A stretch of 64,000 bases of DNA. Source: Eledone cirrhosa. Taxonomy: Eukaryota. Location: assembly GCA_964016885.1 (NCBI GenBank), contig OZ024741.1, positions 61,690,001 through 61,754,000 on the forward strand, in the 5' to 3' direction. The notes beneath the pieces were generated by a model. It worked only from the letters and a program-made list of their open reading frames with translations. It was not told where the DNA came from and made no database searches. This document shows positions 38,301-52,145 of the stretch, piece by piece. The number at the start of each line of letters is the position of its first letter. Position 1 is the first letter of the stretch. The position numbers and the translations under genes were made by a program.

Positions 38301-41132
38301 ATTCATATTTGATTATGAAATATCGTTGTCATATTAATGTGGAAATTTGTAGCTCAGTGAAAGCTTGCAAATATCTATTCAAATATGTTTACAAAGGTCA
38401 TGATTGGGCAATGATTATTGTCAGGAATGAAGAAACAAACCAAGGACATGAAGTTGGCAGGTTCCAGGATGTTCGCCCGATTGGATCTAGCGAAGCTTGC
38501 TGGAGATTGTTTGATTTTGATCTCAATGAACGCAAAACCAGCGTTCAGAAACTGATGGTTCACTTAGAGATTAGGCAAATGCTCTGTTGTCGAAAGAATT
38601 GCTAATGCACCACCTCCTAAAATGGAATTGACTGAGTGGTTCAAGCATAATAGGGAACATGCTTTGAACCCGGATCAAAGGCAGCTCTACTGTGATATAC
38701 GTGGGATAAGAAGGGAAAGAAATGGAATGATAGAAAACAAAAGTTGAGATTCATGACTATTGGACGGGTTTGTAATGTCCATCCAGCATCTGGTGATGTG
38801 TTTTATCTCCGAATTCTGTTGCATAGTGATTTTTCGAGAGGTAAACAGAGCTTCGCTGTTTTGAAAACAATCAATGGCGTGGAATATGAAACATACCAGG
38901 CTGTGTGTCAGCATCTGGGACTCCTTCAGGATGACGCTGAATGGAATAATGCCATGGAAGCTGCAGGAACAACACAGATGCCAGCTCAAATAAGGCAGTT
39001 GTTTGTCACGATTCTAGGATTGTGCAATCCTGCCGATCCAAGAGAGTTATTTGAACGCCATTGGGGAATTATGGCTGATGATTTTAGGCATCATCTTCAG
39101 GTCGATGATGAGCAACTGCTTGAAGTTCATTTCAAATGTTTAACAGATTTCAATTTGCCAATTCTTGATGAAGAAATGCAGCAACGTGTCTTAGCATTGA
39201 ACATGAGATTACAGCTTAGACGGTTGCCACTCGATCGGAGGGAACTATTCCAGTTTGATCCACTGGAACAGCAACGTATTGTGGATGAACGTATGCCAAT
39301 GTTGACCCAATCTCAGAGAGAATTGGTCGATGGCGTTCTCCACTTGATTTCCTCTAATGAACAACTTTGTGTTTTCATAAATGCTCCAGGAGGCACCGGA
39401 AAGACATTCTGTTTCAACACTATGTTATCGTCAGTCAGAGCTCAGAGGAAGATTGCTCTCCCTGTGGCCACCAGTGGGATCGCTGCCACTTTGCTGAGTG
39501 GTGGAAGGACCTTCCACTCATGCTTCAAGGCTCCATTGGCTCCGGGTGAGTTGAGTGTCTGTAACATTACAGGACAAAGTGAACTCGTGGGCCTTATACG
39601 CAATATGTCTCTGATTATTTGGGACGAGACTCCAATGGCACACAGATATTTGCTGGAGGCATTGGACAGAACTTTGAGAGATATCTGCAGTAGTGACCTA
39701 CCATTCGGTGGTAAGACTATCGTTCTTGGTGGCGATTTCAGACAGGTGCTACCAATTGTTAGGAATGCTCAAAGAGTGCAAATTGTCGATGCATGTCTGA
39801 AAAAGTCCCCGTTGTGGCGCCATTTCAGAGTTTTGCGTTTACACGATAATATGCGACTTCGTATGTTCGGGCAAAACGAAGAGGCTGAGACATAAGGCAG
39901 ATGGTTAATGCAGTTGGGAAACGATGAATTGCCACACGTTGGTGATAATCAGACTGTAAGAATCCCAGACCATTTGGTCATGCCACTGGACCACCAAGCA
40001 TTGGTTGACTGGGTGTTCCCTAATTTGAATGCTTTTTGGCAGAATATCTCCTGGATATCGGAACACGTTATTCTTACTCATACGAATGCAACGGTCAATG
40101 AAATAAATTCACAAGTAGCCAGAATGTTTCCTGGAGAGGAATGCTTGACCGTCAGTGCAGATGCAATGGAGCCTACTCAGCAGAACAATATGGATGTTCC
40201 GACTGAGTATCTGAATTCACTTCAAATACCCGGATTCCCCCCACATATTTTGAGGTTGAAAAAGGGTATGCCGATTGAATTGCTTAGAAATATCAATCAT
40301 AAAATGGGTCTTTGCAATAGTACCAGATTGATTGTTGAGAGATTGATTAACGGAAGAGTTTTAGAAGCTAAACTCCCAGGCAGAGAGGACTCGGTTCTCA
40401 TTCCGAGGATCATGCTGAGACCAAGTGAAGATCTGCTGCCATTTATTTGGCAAAGGAGACAGTTTCCCGTCAATTTGGCCTTCTCCATGACTGTCAACAA
40501 GGCACAGGGGCAGACTTTCAAGTGAGTTGGTGTCTTTTAAATGATCCAGAATTCAGCCATGGGCAACTGTATGTTGCTGCATCTCGAGTGTACGATCCTG
40601 ATGGTGTAACATTTGCAATTGATACCACTAACAGAGGAACAACCCTGAATATTGTCTATAATGAAGCTTTGACCTGATGTATGCATATCATTAATGCTAT
40701 CAATAAGCGACGTAAATCATTTGGACATTGGTGTCCTTTGATCAGTATTGTGAGCTTTGACAGAGTTATCATTTATGTTCAATGTCATTTAATGTCGTTA
40801 TGAGCAAAAAAACAAACAAGTATTGGTAAAAATTGCTTTCACTGCTATGTTGCGCAATAAATACCAACAAGTATTGGTAGAAATTGCCTTCACTGCTATG
40901 AATATTCAACGTAAATGATTCAGACATTGGTGTCCTTTGATCAGTATTGTGAGCTTTGACAGAGTTATCATTTCTGTTCAATGTCATTTATTGTCGATAA
41001 TGAGCAATAAAAACCAACAAGTATTGGTAGAAATTGCCTTCAAATTTATCACTTCTGATAGCGGTGGTAATAAAACCTCATCATATGCTGAGTCTGGCAA
41101 AAAGTTTGGTGCCTATGGCCGGCCAGGGCTAG
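35355..41132 (+). mobile_element. Helitron (decayed autonomous); ends tentative
   Basis: Candidate 5' A|TCTATTTATTAA at 35355; Rep/helicase coding remnant; candidate 3' TGGCCGGCCA-GGG-CTAG; internal direct repeats 35519-35823/35896-36200 and 40710-40841/40910-41042. Confidence 0.8.
36255..40677 (+). pseudogene. Helitron Rep(HUH)-Pif1 helicase, disrupted
   Basis: CPHC..CC Zn motif; Rep motifs LFIMVTCNPEW, EYQK*ALPHTL, KYLFKYVYKG; Pif1 motifs APGGTGKT, IIWDE, GGDFRQVLP, TVNKAQGQT, FSHGQLYVAASRV; several stops and frameshifts. Confidence 0.95.
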
Positions 41133-41420
41133 AGTAATATTGAAAAACGATACTATTTTCGAAGTAGAAGGATCCGCTATTTGGAGTTCAAACCAGGCCA
41201 CCTCCCCAAGTTGAACTCTGGGCAATATTGACTGTCTATTACTCAGTGGCTAAGAGCCTGGAAATTACTGAATAAATTTTTGTGTCATATAATTTGTTGT
41301 TTTATTATTATAGCTGACCACTTATAGATAAATATGTTATCCATATCCATATTAATTTGGCATTTGTATAAACCATTTCTTTTTTACATTGACGGACATC
41401 TTTTATATTAACTATCTATA

Positions 41421-41773
41421 TCTATATATACATATAATATAACAGATTGGAACTTCCATCATCCTTTTGAGAAACGTGGAACAACCACGTCTATGCAATG
41501 ATACACGTTTTACAGTCAGGCAAAAGATGAACCATCTCCTAGAGGTCCCTATTCTAGGTGGGAGCACCTAGAATTGTTCATATACTATGCACAAACGGTA
41601 CAACAAAGAATCTGGTATATCTGGAAGATTCTTTTTACTGTTTTTGGTATCACACAGACACCACGGACTCGCCTCATACTGTAACCAGACAAACATCCAA
41701 TACAGTCATTTTCTCTTTTACCTGTCTTCTCTTATCATCTGTTTACCCGGGCGAAGCTGGATAAGTCAGCTAG
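41421..41773 (+). mobile_element. Internally deleted mini-Helitron
   Basis: A|TCTATATATAC start; Pif1 scraps IILLRNVEQPRLCNDTR and GTTKNLVY; hairpin CCCGGGCGAAGCTGG then CTAG|T. Confidence 0.8.
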
Positions 41774-41929
41774 TATTTATTTAAAAATCTTCCATCATAA
41801 TTTTATGTAAGATCACTCTACTCAAAACACCAACTTAATAAAATAGTTATATTACTAAATGATTCCAAATTCTTGGTTATTTTCAAAATGATTTAAAATT
41901 ACTAGGTAGTGTCTTCACTCACTACTGTT

Positions 41930-42055
41930 GCTACACTTTACCTACACTCATTACTCCCCACCTTCACTCACTACTGTTGCTACTCCTCACCTACACTCAC
42001 TACTCCTCACCTATACTCACTACTCCTCACCTTCACTCACTATTCCTCACCTTCA
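41930..42055 (+). repeat. ~20-bp minisatellite CACCT(A/T)CACTCACTACTCCT
   Basis: About 6 degenerate units. Confidence 0.8.
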
Positions 42056-43267
42056 AAGATATTGTCTATCATTAGAAATCTGGTAACGCAAGGGTTACAG
42101 ACTTAAGTATCAGTCTTCTGGAAACATATACTTAGATCCAGGATTAGGTATTCGGCTTCATAAGTCTTCCAATATGTGTAGAAATATTCATAACACCAGC
42201 AAACCCTTATGTAAAGTAATTGGTGTTAGGAAGGACATCCAGCCACAGAGACCACATTAAATATTGGAATGTATGAGCAAGATGTCCTCTGATATAGTCT
42301 TTTGACCCATCCAGGAGGATAGTAAGTCAAATTAAGAACTGACTTGGGAAGTGACATTTCGACATGCTAGTATAGAAAGTAGACATATGATGATGATGAT
42401 GATAGTGTTGATGATGATGATGACATTGACAATGATAGCAGATTAATTTGATGATGATAAACATGTTCCCTCTCTTTAGGATAATTATGTTTTACTAGAG
42501 CATATTAATTTAATGACAAGAAAAATATAAAAGCAAAACAACAAAGAGCTAATGGCTTCTCATCTACCACACTCAAAATGCACCAACCTCAAATACACTG
42601 CACCCCACTCCATGCCTGCAAATATTTTCATTAATTATTTTACAAACTAGTTTATTTATTATTATAATATAGGATGGTTCTTCCTAGAGCAATTGTTCAT
42701 ACAATAGGAAATAGTCTGTGTTAATAAGTATTTATCTCAGAGATAGACAAGCAACCTATACACAGAGATAATAGAGGTGAGTTATATAAATCTATTCATC
42801 CATGACACAGTGGATTCAATACTTTAAGTTGGTTCCTAGAAATGGAGTTTATCAACAGGCATCATAGAAAAATTAATCACACGTGCGTATATGTAAGCTT
42901 GTCAGATTGATCAGGGATTTTGAGACTAGAAACAGGTAGTGACATGGCCATTACCTGCTAGTCAATATATTGATCTACCATGATCAATGAACCCTCTGAA
43001 ACGATTGCAAAACAATGAACTAATTAACCATCTATCTTTGACTTTTGTTTTATTTTCATTCTTCAATACACAAACACATATATATAAATGACTCTATAAT
43101 TTGAGCAGATTATTCATGGGAACCTTACATGATGAGCTCTTAGCACAAAAACTATAGCACTCACCTAATCTCACTGAAACCATCTCTTTAAGGCCGCATT
43201 GGGTTCTAACAACGTTATTAACCCTACTATTATAAACAGGTGGAAACCAATGTATAAATATATATAC

Positions 43268-43646
43268 ATTGGTGTTAGGAAGGGCATCCAGCCGTAGAAA
43301 ACCTGCCAGACAGTCCTATACAAGTGAGACATGGTCACCCGACTAATCTTGCCTCAAGTAGGAGAATTCCTGTCTAAGCCCATTCTAGCATGGAAGATAG
43401 ACATTAAACGATGATGATGATGATATATATATATATATATATGTAGGCGCCACGAAAAAGCACCCAGCACTCACTGTAAATGAGGTTGGTGTTAGGAAGG
43501 TCATCCAGCTGTAGAAATCAAGCCAAATCAGTTCCTGTATGAGGAAGACAAGGTCAGCCGACCAGACACTGCCCACAACAGGACAACCCGTCTAACCCAT
43601 GCTAGCGTGGAAGAACAGACGTAAAACGGTGATGATGATGATGATG
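43268..43646 (+). mobile_element. Two tandem RTE-type 3' tails separated by (TA)n
   Basis: GGTGTTAGGAAGG.CATCCAG...GAC.T.AAAC..(GAT)n occurs twice. Confidence 0.85.
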
Positions 43647-43764
43647 AAATGTGTGTGTGTATATGTATATATATATATGTAAAAGGTAAACAGAAATAGC
43701 AACAGAATCAGTACAGTATATGGAAGGAATATATTAGTTTAATGCTTGAAATAGCAGAAAGAGG

Positions 43765-43800
43765 CTATTAACGTTTCGGATGCACGTCCTTCATCAGAAG
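43765..43800 (-). ncRNA. Minimal hammerhead ribozyme motif (Penelope-type)
   Basis: Minus: CTT-CTGATGA-AGGACGTGCATCC-GAAA-CGTTA-ATAG; decayed tandem copy at 43963-43994. Confidence 0.65.
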
Positions 43801-45174
43801 AAAGAATGACAAATTAGAAAAATTGAAGGGACGGGCAGGGTGTAATTGGAAAAAATGTTGCCATCTCTGTACACCAAGGAAACAAGAAAGGAACAAACAA
43901 GAGGATGCAATAACAGGAAGTGTATTAGTTTCACGCTTGGAGGAAGAAGAATGAATTACATAGTCAACGTATCAGGAATTTGTCCTTCATTAAGAATAAC
44001 AAAAACGGAAAATAGCAGAGAAAAAACGTTAAAGAATAAATACAAATAAATATGGTTGTTAAAATAAAGTTAGAAAGAAAATAAAAAAAATTAAAAACAT
44101 AAATGAGAAGGGAACTGGTCCAACATGCTGGTGTGGGGGTCAGGGTGATGATGGCAGATGTATAGTGGGTGGGTGTGTGTAGTATTGTTGGTGGAGGTGT
44201 GTGTTCATACATATGTGTGTTTGGCAGAGATCTGTGATTGCATGTATAGTGTATGTGTGTGTGCGTATGTTGGTGTGCATTGTGTGCACATAAGTAGTGG
44301 GGTGGGTTTAAGAGTCTAGTAGGGTCCCAGATGGGTAGAATCCAGGTAGGTTCCAAGTTGACAAGTCGAAAGTCTGGAAGGCCTTAGTAAAATGGAATAG
44401 AGAAAGGAATTGTGGGTAGTTGCAGGTGTGTGGGGGGATGGTGGCAGAGTCCTAAGGAAGAAATAGGGGGTGGGTGGGGGTTGTTATATTCAGTGCTCAG
44501 AAAGAGTGTAGGGTGAAGGAAAAGGTTGGTGTGAACAACTCAGTGCCATATGGTAGGGGTGGCAGCAGCACTGGTGGTATGTGTATATGCTGTATGGTGG
44601 TGGTGGTGGTGGTAGTGATGGTGATGCATGCGTGCATAGATGAGTAAGCCCACACATATAGATACACGCAAGCATATGTGGTTGGGTTGAGTGGTAGTGA
44701 TGTAGGCTAGAGGGGGTCAGCTGTGTGTGTGCATGGTAGTCAAAGAGTAGGTGAAGTGTGCGCACAGATGCTCAAGCACCTGGGAGCAACTTAGCAAAAG
44801 AAGAGGAGGTGGAGCTGTCTGCGTCACAGATAATATTGTAAAATATTTTACATAAGTACTTTTGATAAGCTATGCTCCAAACACTGGTGACTTGGAGTTT
44901 TTGTACCTGTTGCAAGTTTTACATTATCATCTTTGCCTTTCATCCTCACGGGGTCAATCAAATAAAGTACAAGTAATGCACAGGGATCAATTTAATCGAC
45001 TTTCCCTTTCCTCAAAATTGTTGGCATTGTGCCTAAATCAGAAGCCATTATCTTAGCCACAGTTCCATCAGTAAGGGTCAAAATTGTGTACATCCTTTTC
45101 AATGGCTGATGACCACTGAGTATTTGTACCTATTGCATATTTTGCTATATATATATAGAGAGAGAGATATATAC

Positions 45175-45210
<36 letters not shown>

Positions 45211-45959
45211 CATGCCACAATAAAATGTACTCAGCCCATTCTGCAAAGTAATAGTACTGGTGCCATGATAAAATGTACTCAGTTACCTCTGTAAAGTGTT
45301 ATTCATGGCCAGTTAAAGCAATTGCTGAAACTTTTAAGTAACTACAACCTTTTTCTTCTGTAAATAAATCTTGTGCTCTAATCTCATGTATTGGGTGCTT
45401 GTTCAGTCAATGCTTTTCCTTCCTTCATTCTATTAATCTTTCTAACTTAAATGCAGAAACTGTTTGTTATGATTTATCTCAGTGCCAAACAACAGTTAGG
45501 AATAAACAAAGTCTACATACCAACATAACACTAATTTCTAGCCAGATATTTAAAAATGTATTGCATTGTATTGTATTTATATATTGATCTGGGCAGGATT
45601 TATAACAGGGTAGATGTAGTATTTGCCCACCCCAATAAGTTAAATGCCTTGTCGACAGGGATGGAGCCAAGTAAAATTGATATACCCTGAGACTGCCAAA
45701 GGCATGTCTCCCAGTGGACTTTATCTTTAAGACACAGCAGAATAATACTTTTAGTAAAAAGTACTTAATGTCAATCCTGCAGTCAATTCATTGAAATTTT
45801 TCTACTTTAGTGACATCAAATCATTATAGAACACTATTCAATAAAAAATACTTTTGGCAATTCATCAAAATTTCGCTACTTTAGCAACATCAGATGGTTA
45901 TTGTAAAGGCTAAGGGGATGTGATCGGCCAGTTATATGCAAAAATGTGGTGTATAAGAC

Positions 45960-46826
45960 AAAAGTTGTTGATGAGTAGAAAAGAGGACAAAACCCTGATT
46001 CCGTCAGGGAAATGGCCATGTTCGATATGCAGAAAAGGAACTGGCATAAATTCTATAAAATGCACACAATGCAGGTCCTGGGTACACAAGAGATGTAGCG
46101 GGATAGCAGGCAAACTAACAGGTAGGGAGAAATATGTATGCAGTAGATGTACAGGGAAATTAGACAGTAGAAGTCGCACTGATAGACACATTTTTCAAAT
46201 GCGAGAGGGCGCTATAGAAGTGGTGGATGGCTTCCGGTACCTAGGAGATCAGATTAGCATGGGAGGAGGGTGTTCCGAGGCCATAGTATCTAGAATAAGG
46301 ACGGGTTTGAAGAAGTTTAGGGAGCTGCTTCCTCTGTTGACGAAGAAGGGTTTCTCCCTACGTACGAAAGGCCGGTTGTATGATGCCTGTGTGAGGAGCG
46401 CGATGCTGCATGGTAGTGAGACATGGGCAGCAACCGCAGAAGATATGCGACGGCTGGAGAGAAATGAGGCAAGCATGCTCCGTTGGATGTGCAGTGTAAA
46501 TGTGTGTGAACGACCCAGCATAAATGTGTTGAGAGAGAAACTGTGTCTGAGAGGGATAGAATGTAGTGTACGGGAGAGGAGACTGAGGTGGTATGGACAT
46601 GTGATGCGCATGGAGGATGACCGATGGGTGAAGAAGTGCCAGGAAATGCCAGTTGAAGGAAGACGTGGTAGAGGTAGACCACGAAAAACATGGGCGGAGG
46701 TGGTGAGAACAGACCTCAGATCATTGAAGCTCACGGTGGAGATGACGAGGGACCGTGACGAGTGGAGAGATGCTGTGCTGAATAAGATCCGTCCCACCCT
46801 TGCAAGCAGGGAAAAGCGGACGTAAA

Positions 46827-46865
<39 letters not shown>
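45960..46865 (+). mobile_element. RTE LINE subfamily C, 5'-truncated, uninterrupted ORF segment
   Basis: ~285 open codons: WPCSICRKG..C..C..WVHKRC..FRYLGD..GSETW..WYGHV..SREKRT*, then (GAT)n. Confidence 0.95.
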
Positions 46866-48231
46866 GTGTGTGTATATATATGTGTGTGTCTGTGTGTGTG
46901 CATGATTTTAAGTACATTTAAGTGTGCACTTAAAATGAAGATGGTCAGATTTTTTCATTTAACATCTGTATGTATAACTTGACAATACCAATTACATATG
47001 CCAAGCTGAGTTTGAGATGTAAACATGGGAGTTTATTGTGTATTTTATATTTTTGTGAATGAGCACCTGCCCCAAACCTGAATTGCCCCGGGCCCCCCAA
47101 ACTCTAAATCCAGGTCAGGATGTGGGTGTTTGGCATACTCCTGTCCTTAAAATATTCAAATTCTAACTGAATCTGCACATGTAAGCAGCATGTATAATTT
47201 ATTTACTGAAAAAAAGATGGCAGTGACTTTGAAGTTTCAACTTCATCTGGCAATGGATAGATGGATAAACATAGAGCATGTACAGGTAAGGAGGAAGGAA
47301 GTGCATGAGGGGCACATTGTCACTGATAAGGTCATAGTGTGTGACAAAAAAAAAAACATTTGACAAAGCAATTCTTTCATTACATTATGTTCTGAGAAAG
47401 AAAGAGAGAGCATAAAGTATGTACTAATAATTATTAGTACATATTTCATGCTTTCTGTTTCTCTCTCAAAATTGTACTTGTGTTGGTATTCACCAAGGAT
47501 ATATTGAGCCAGCTGCAGCCCTTGCACCCACAGCTGGCACCTGAATACATAATGGGATTTCATAGGAGATAGGGTTTCACAGGCAATCTTCAGTTACAGA
47601 CATACACACAGATTGGGATAGTGTGATCCACAGCATAACTCGCTGCTACCGAAAGTTGAGAAATGCAGTTGAAGAACAACTAAGGAAACTGCTAAATATC
47701 ACTGGTTCTCTTCTAAGGGGTATATAACTATTGATAAGGTCACAGGGTGTGAGAAAAGAACTTTGGACATATGAACCAATCCATTGATTAGTAAAACTGA
47801 AGTGAAATACAACCAGTGCATGTGTTCTTAATAAGCAATAAGATATCATTACAAAGTATAACAATATCTGTTTCAACCCAAAATTTCTTATCAAGAATCT
47901 TTAGAAAACAAATACAAAAATGATACATATATAACCTTTAGAGAATTTACATAAACAAAAGCACTTCAAGAGTTATTATTACCAATTCTAAAGAAATTAT
48001 CGTATTAAGATTCCAAACTTTTCCTTCCAGAAGAAAATTAAATAAATATATATTTTGCTTCAGGAGGAAAAATTCCATTTATGTAGTCATTTACTTAATT
48101 GTATGTATGTATGGTATGTATGTATATATGTCTATATGTATGTGTATGTGTGTATATATGTGTGTGCATGTATATACAGACACATGTGTGTGTGTGAGTG
48201 TGTTCATATATATATGTATTTTTCATAAATA

Positions 48232-48272
<41 letters not shown>

Positions 48273-48677
48273 GAAATATATATATATATATATATATGAA
48301 AAATACATACACACACAATCACTGTTTGAGCCGATGTTAAACGATGGTAATATTTATAGATATAATTATATATATTCATCTTTAGAAAAGTCAAAACTGT
48401 GATTTTTTCTAGTTATCTGCCCAATTTGGTGCTTCCATAACCTCTCACATTTTCAACATTCTCACGATGTCATGACAATATTTATTGAAATATTTCATAA
48501 CTTTTCTGCATTTTTCAGTTTAATATTCAATATTTAACATCAACATTATCAATATACATATCAATACTATACTTTCCAATCACACCACTAGCTCACATGA
48601 AAACAGCAACAACAAAAAGAAAACAGGTACACAGATACTACCATAGCAACTACTATTACTAGTCAAATTAAGGATAA

Positions 48678-49067
48678 TAATTGTTTCTACTTTTGGCACA
48701 AAGCCAGAAATTACCAGTACATTACTGGTACTTTATTTTATCGACCACGTAAGGATGAAAGGCAAAGTTAACCTCAACGGGATTTGAACTCAGACCGTAA
48801 AGGGACATAACTATGCTAGAAAGCATGGCGTCCAACCGTCTACCGATACTGCCAAATAATAATGATTTCTTGTATAGGCACAAGGCTAGTAATTTGGAGG
48901 GAGGGGAAAGTCAATTAAATCGACCCCAGTAAGTTACTGGTGCTTTATTTTATTGACCCCCGTAAGGATGAAAGATAAAGTTAACCTTGGCAGGATTTGA
49001 ACTCAGAACGTAATGAACTGTAACTATGCTGCAAAGTGTCCGACACTACCAATACTGCCAATCCACC
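48678..49067 (-). mobile_element. Two tandem short tRNA-SINEs
   Basis: Two successive core + B-box + A-box units. Confidence 0.88.
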
Positions 49068-49738
49068 AACCTGATGATAATAATATATTTATAATGATCA
49101 ATGATGATGATGTTGACTGTGGTGACTATGGTGATAATGATGGCTGTAGTAGTAATGATGATGATGATGGTGATGACAATGATAATGATGATGGAAATAC
49201 AAATAAGAATGGTTGTGTCAATGATGATGATAGTGATGATAATGACTGTGATGATGATGATGATAGTGATGATAATGCCTATGATGGTGATAGTGATGAT
49301 AATGACTGTGGTGATGATGGTGATGTTGATGAAAGGAAAAGCAAAATGAAAATATTATGATAAAGTCAAGAACATGTGAGAATGGTTAAAATGTCAACAG
49401 AGCACCATTATGAAACCCATATGTTACACACACACACACATACACAGACATATATACACGTGTACATGCACACAACATTACACATACATATACACCTGCA
49501 CTCATGCATACACAGCTATACACAACCATATACAGATACACACACACGCATGCTCACATAAACACACACATATACACAAACATACAGATGCACACCACAC
49601 GTTATATTTCAATTAATTAACAAAGAATTTTGAGGGATTCACTAAAATGCTTAATTATTTCCTTATTAAGATAGCAACTTAATGCATAGTTCTTACATAA
49701 AGTTTTGTAGGACAAGTGATATTTAAATAAGAAAACTC

Positions 49739-49957
49739 ATAACCCTTTAGTATTTAAACTGCCTGTATCTGGCCAGAATTCTCTCACCTCTTTCTTTTCA
49801 AACTGGCCACTTATACTGATGTTAAGGTAGTATTCTCAAAATAAATAACATCAAAATCTCATAGATTCAATATTATATGATATAATTTTTTGAGGTAAAG
49901 CCTTTGCCACGAAAATACAATAGTATATATAGAGTAATGTAATGCTTAAAAGGTTAA
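49739..49957. mobile_element. piggyBac-like MITE
   Basis: TAACCCTTTAG ... CTTAAAAGGTTAA ends; related partial copy at ~28960-29113. Confidence 0.6.
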
Positions 49958-50795
49958 AATAAATGGATTTAGTTTCATATAAATAGAGTTGGCTTTGACA
50001 AGGTTGGTATGAAAATGGTTTAGACCAGTGCTCCAGCATGGCCATAGCCTAATGACTGAAACTAGTAAAAGAATATTAGAAACAAAAAAAGCCCACTCAG
50101 TCAGATGGTAGTGGTGGGGTCACAATAAAAGCACCCATTCCACTCCATAAGGTGGTAGTCATGGTGCCATAATAGAATGTACCCAGTCAACCCTGTCAGG
50201 TTGTGGTGGTGGTGGTAGTGGTAGTGGTGGTGATAGTGGTGGTGGTGCTATGATAAAACACACCCAGCACACATTGTGAAGTGGATGTCATTAGGAAGGG
50301 ATCCAGCCATAGAAAGCAAACCAGGAATGGAACATATGAGCAAGAAACAATCATCTGACCTGTCAAGTCTCAGAATATTACAACCAATATAACCCATGCC
50401 AGTACTTTATTTTATCGACCCCGTAAAGATGAAAGGCAAAGTTAACCTCCGCGGGATTTGAACTCAGATCATAAATGGCCATAACTCTTTGAGGCAAAGC
50501 ATGGCGTCCGACCATCTACTGATACTGAGATATAATATTGGCAAAGAAGTGTGTTAAAAATAACATACCCCACTACACACATCCACTCACCCTAAAATTC
50601 CGCAAACTAAATGAAGAACAAGAGACCAATATACACACAAATATATATATATATATACATACACATATGTAGATACCCACATCTATATATACACACAAAT
50701 TTATATATACACACACATATATATATATAGACACACACACATATATGCACACCACATATATACACACACAAACATATATACACACATATATATAT

Positions 50796-50859
<64 letters not shown>

Positions 50860-51112
50860 TTATATACACACACACACATATATATATATACACACACATA
50901 TATACATACACACATATATATACATACACACACACATATATATATATATACATATATTTATTATCTCTGGCAATATTATACCAATATGACCCTCCCCAAA
51001 TACAACAATATATACATACATACATAAGCATATATATATATATATTTATTAAAATAACAGATTAAAGTTTAAGCAAAGAATCGCTGCTTTCACCCTTAAC
51101 GGGATCTTCTGA

Positions 51113-51157
<45 letters not shown>

Positions 51158-51274
51158 TACACATATACATATAAACATATATACATATATATATATACAT
51201 ATATACACATATACATATATATATACATATATATATATATATACATACATACATATACATATATACACACATAC

Positions 51275-51317
<43 letters not shown>

Positions 51318-51374
51318 TGTACAATACACATATACATATATAAACATATATATACATATATATATACACATAAA

Positions 51375-52091
51375 CATGCTCCGCTGGATGTGTAATAGTA
51401 ATATACGTGAACGGCAAAGCATAAACGAACTAAGGGAGAAATTAGAAATAAGAGGGATCAGATGTTGTTTACTTGAGAGAAGACTACGTTGGTATGGTCA
51501 CGTGATGCGCGTAAAAGACGACAGCTGTATAAAAAAGTGCAGGGCAATAAAAATAGACAGTAGCCACGGAGTAGGCAGACCCAGAAAAACCTGGGACGAC
51601 TTGATAAATTCCGACCTCACACACTTACACCTCTCCAAGACAATGTCACTGGACCGAGAGCTTTGGCGCCACACAGTAATAGAGAAGACCTGCCTTACCT
51701 AAGTACAAAGTGAAACCTACTACAGGCAGTAGGCACCTCTAACAAAATACACCCACTTCCCACTACCCCCACCCCATCCACACCACCCCTTTCAATGTAA
51801 AGTTATGTTGGTACCACAACATCCAGCCCGAAAAAAATGAGGTCGCGTAGGTGTCACAACAAAAAACACACAGTCCACGCTGTAATGTGGCCGTGTAGGT
51901 AACATGGTAAAAACCTCCCAGTTCCACACTGTAAATGTGGTTAGTGTTAGGAAGGGCATCCAGCCGTAGAAAACCCGCCAGACAGTCCTATACGAGCAAG
52001 ACAACCACTCTTGCCTTAAGTGGGAAAACTCCCGTCCAAACCCATGCAAGCGTGGAATATGGACGTTAAACAATGATGATTATGATGATGA
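51375..52091 (+). mobile_element. RTE LINE subfamily A 3' end
   Basis: ORF 51376-51702, UTR and (GAT)n. Confidence 0.92.
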
Positions 52092-52145
52092 TATATATAT
52101 ATACACATACATATATACATACACACATATATATATATATATATA

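Noticed and set aside
45589-47118. Degenerate TIR pair CTGGGCAGGATTTA / TAAATCCAGGTCAG around the RTE
   Set aside because: Only 11/14 match and no TSD seen.
47460-47890. Coding-like unique sequence, perhaps an old restriction-like-endonuclease LINE C-terminus
   Set aside because: Stops throughout the frames I read, and motifs too eroded to call.
49013-49360. Asp-rich acidic ORF
   Set aside because: Degenerate (GAT)n tract whose start lies inside a SINE.
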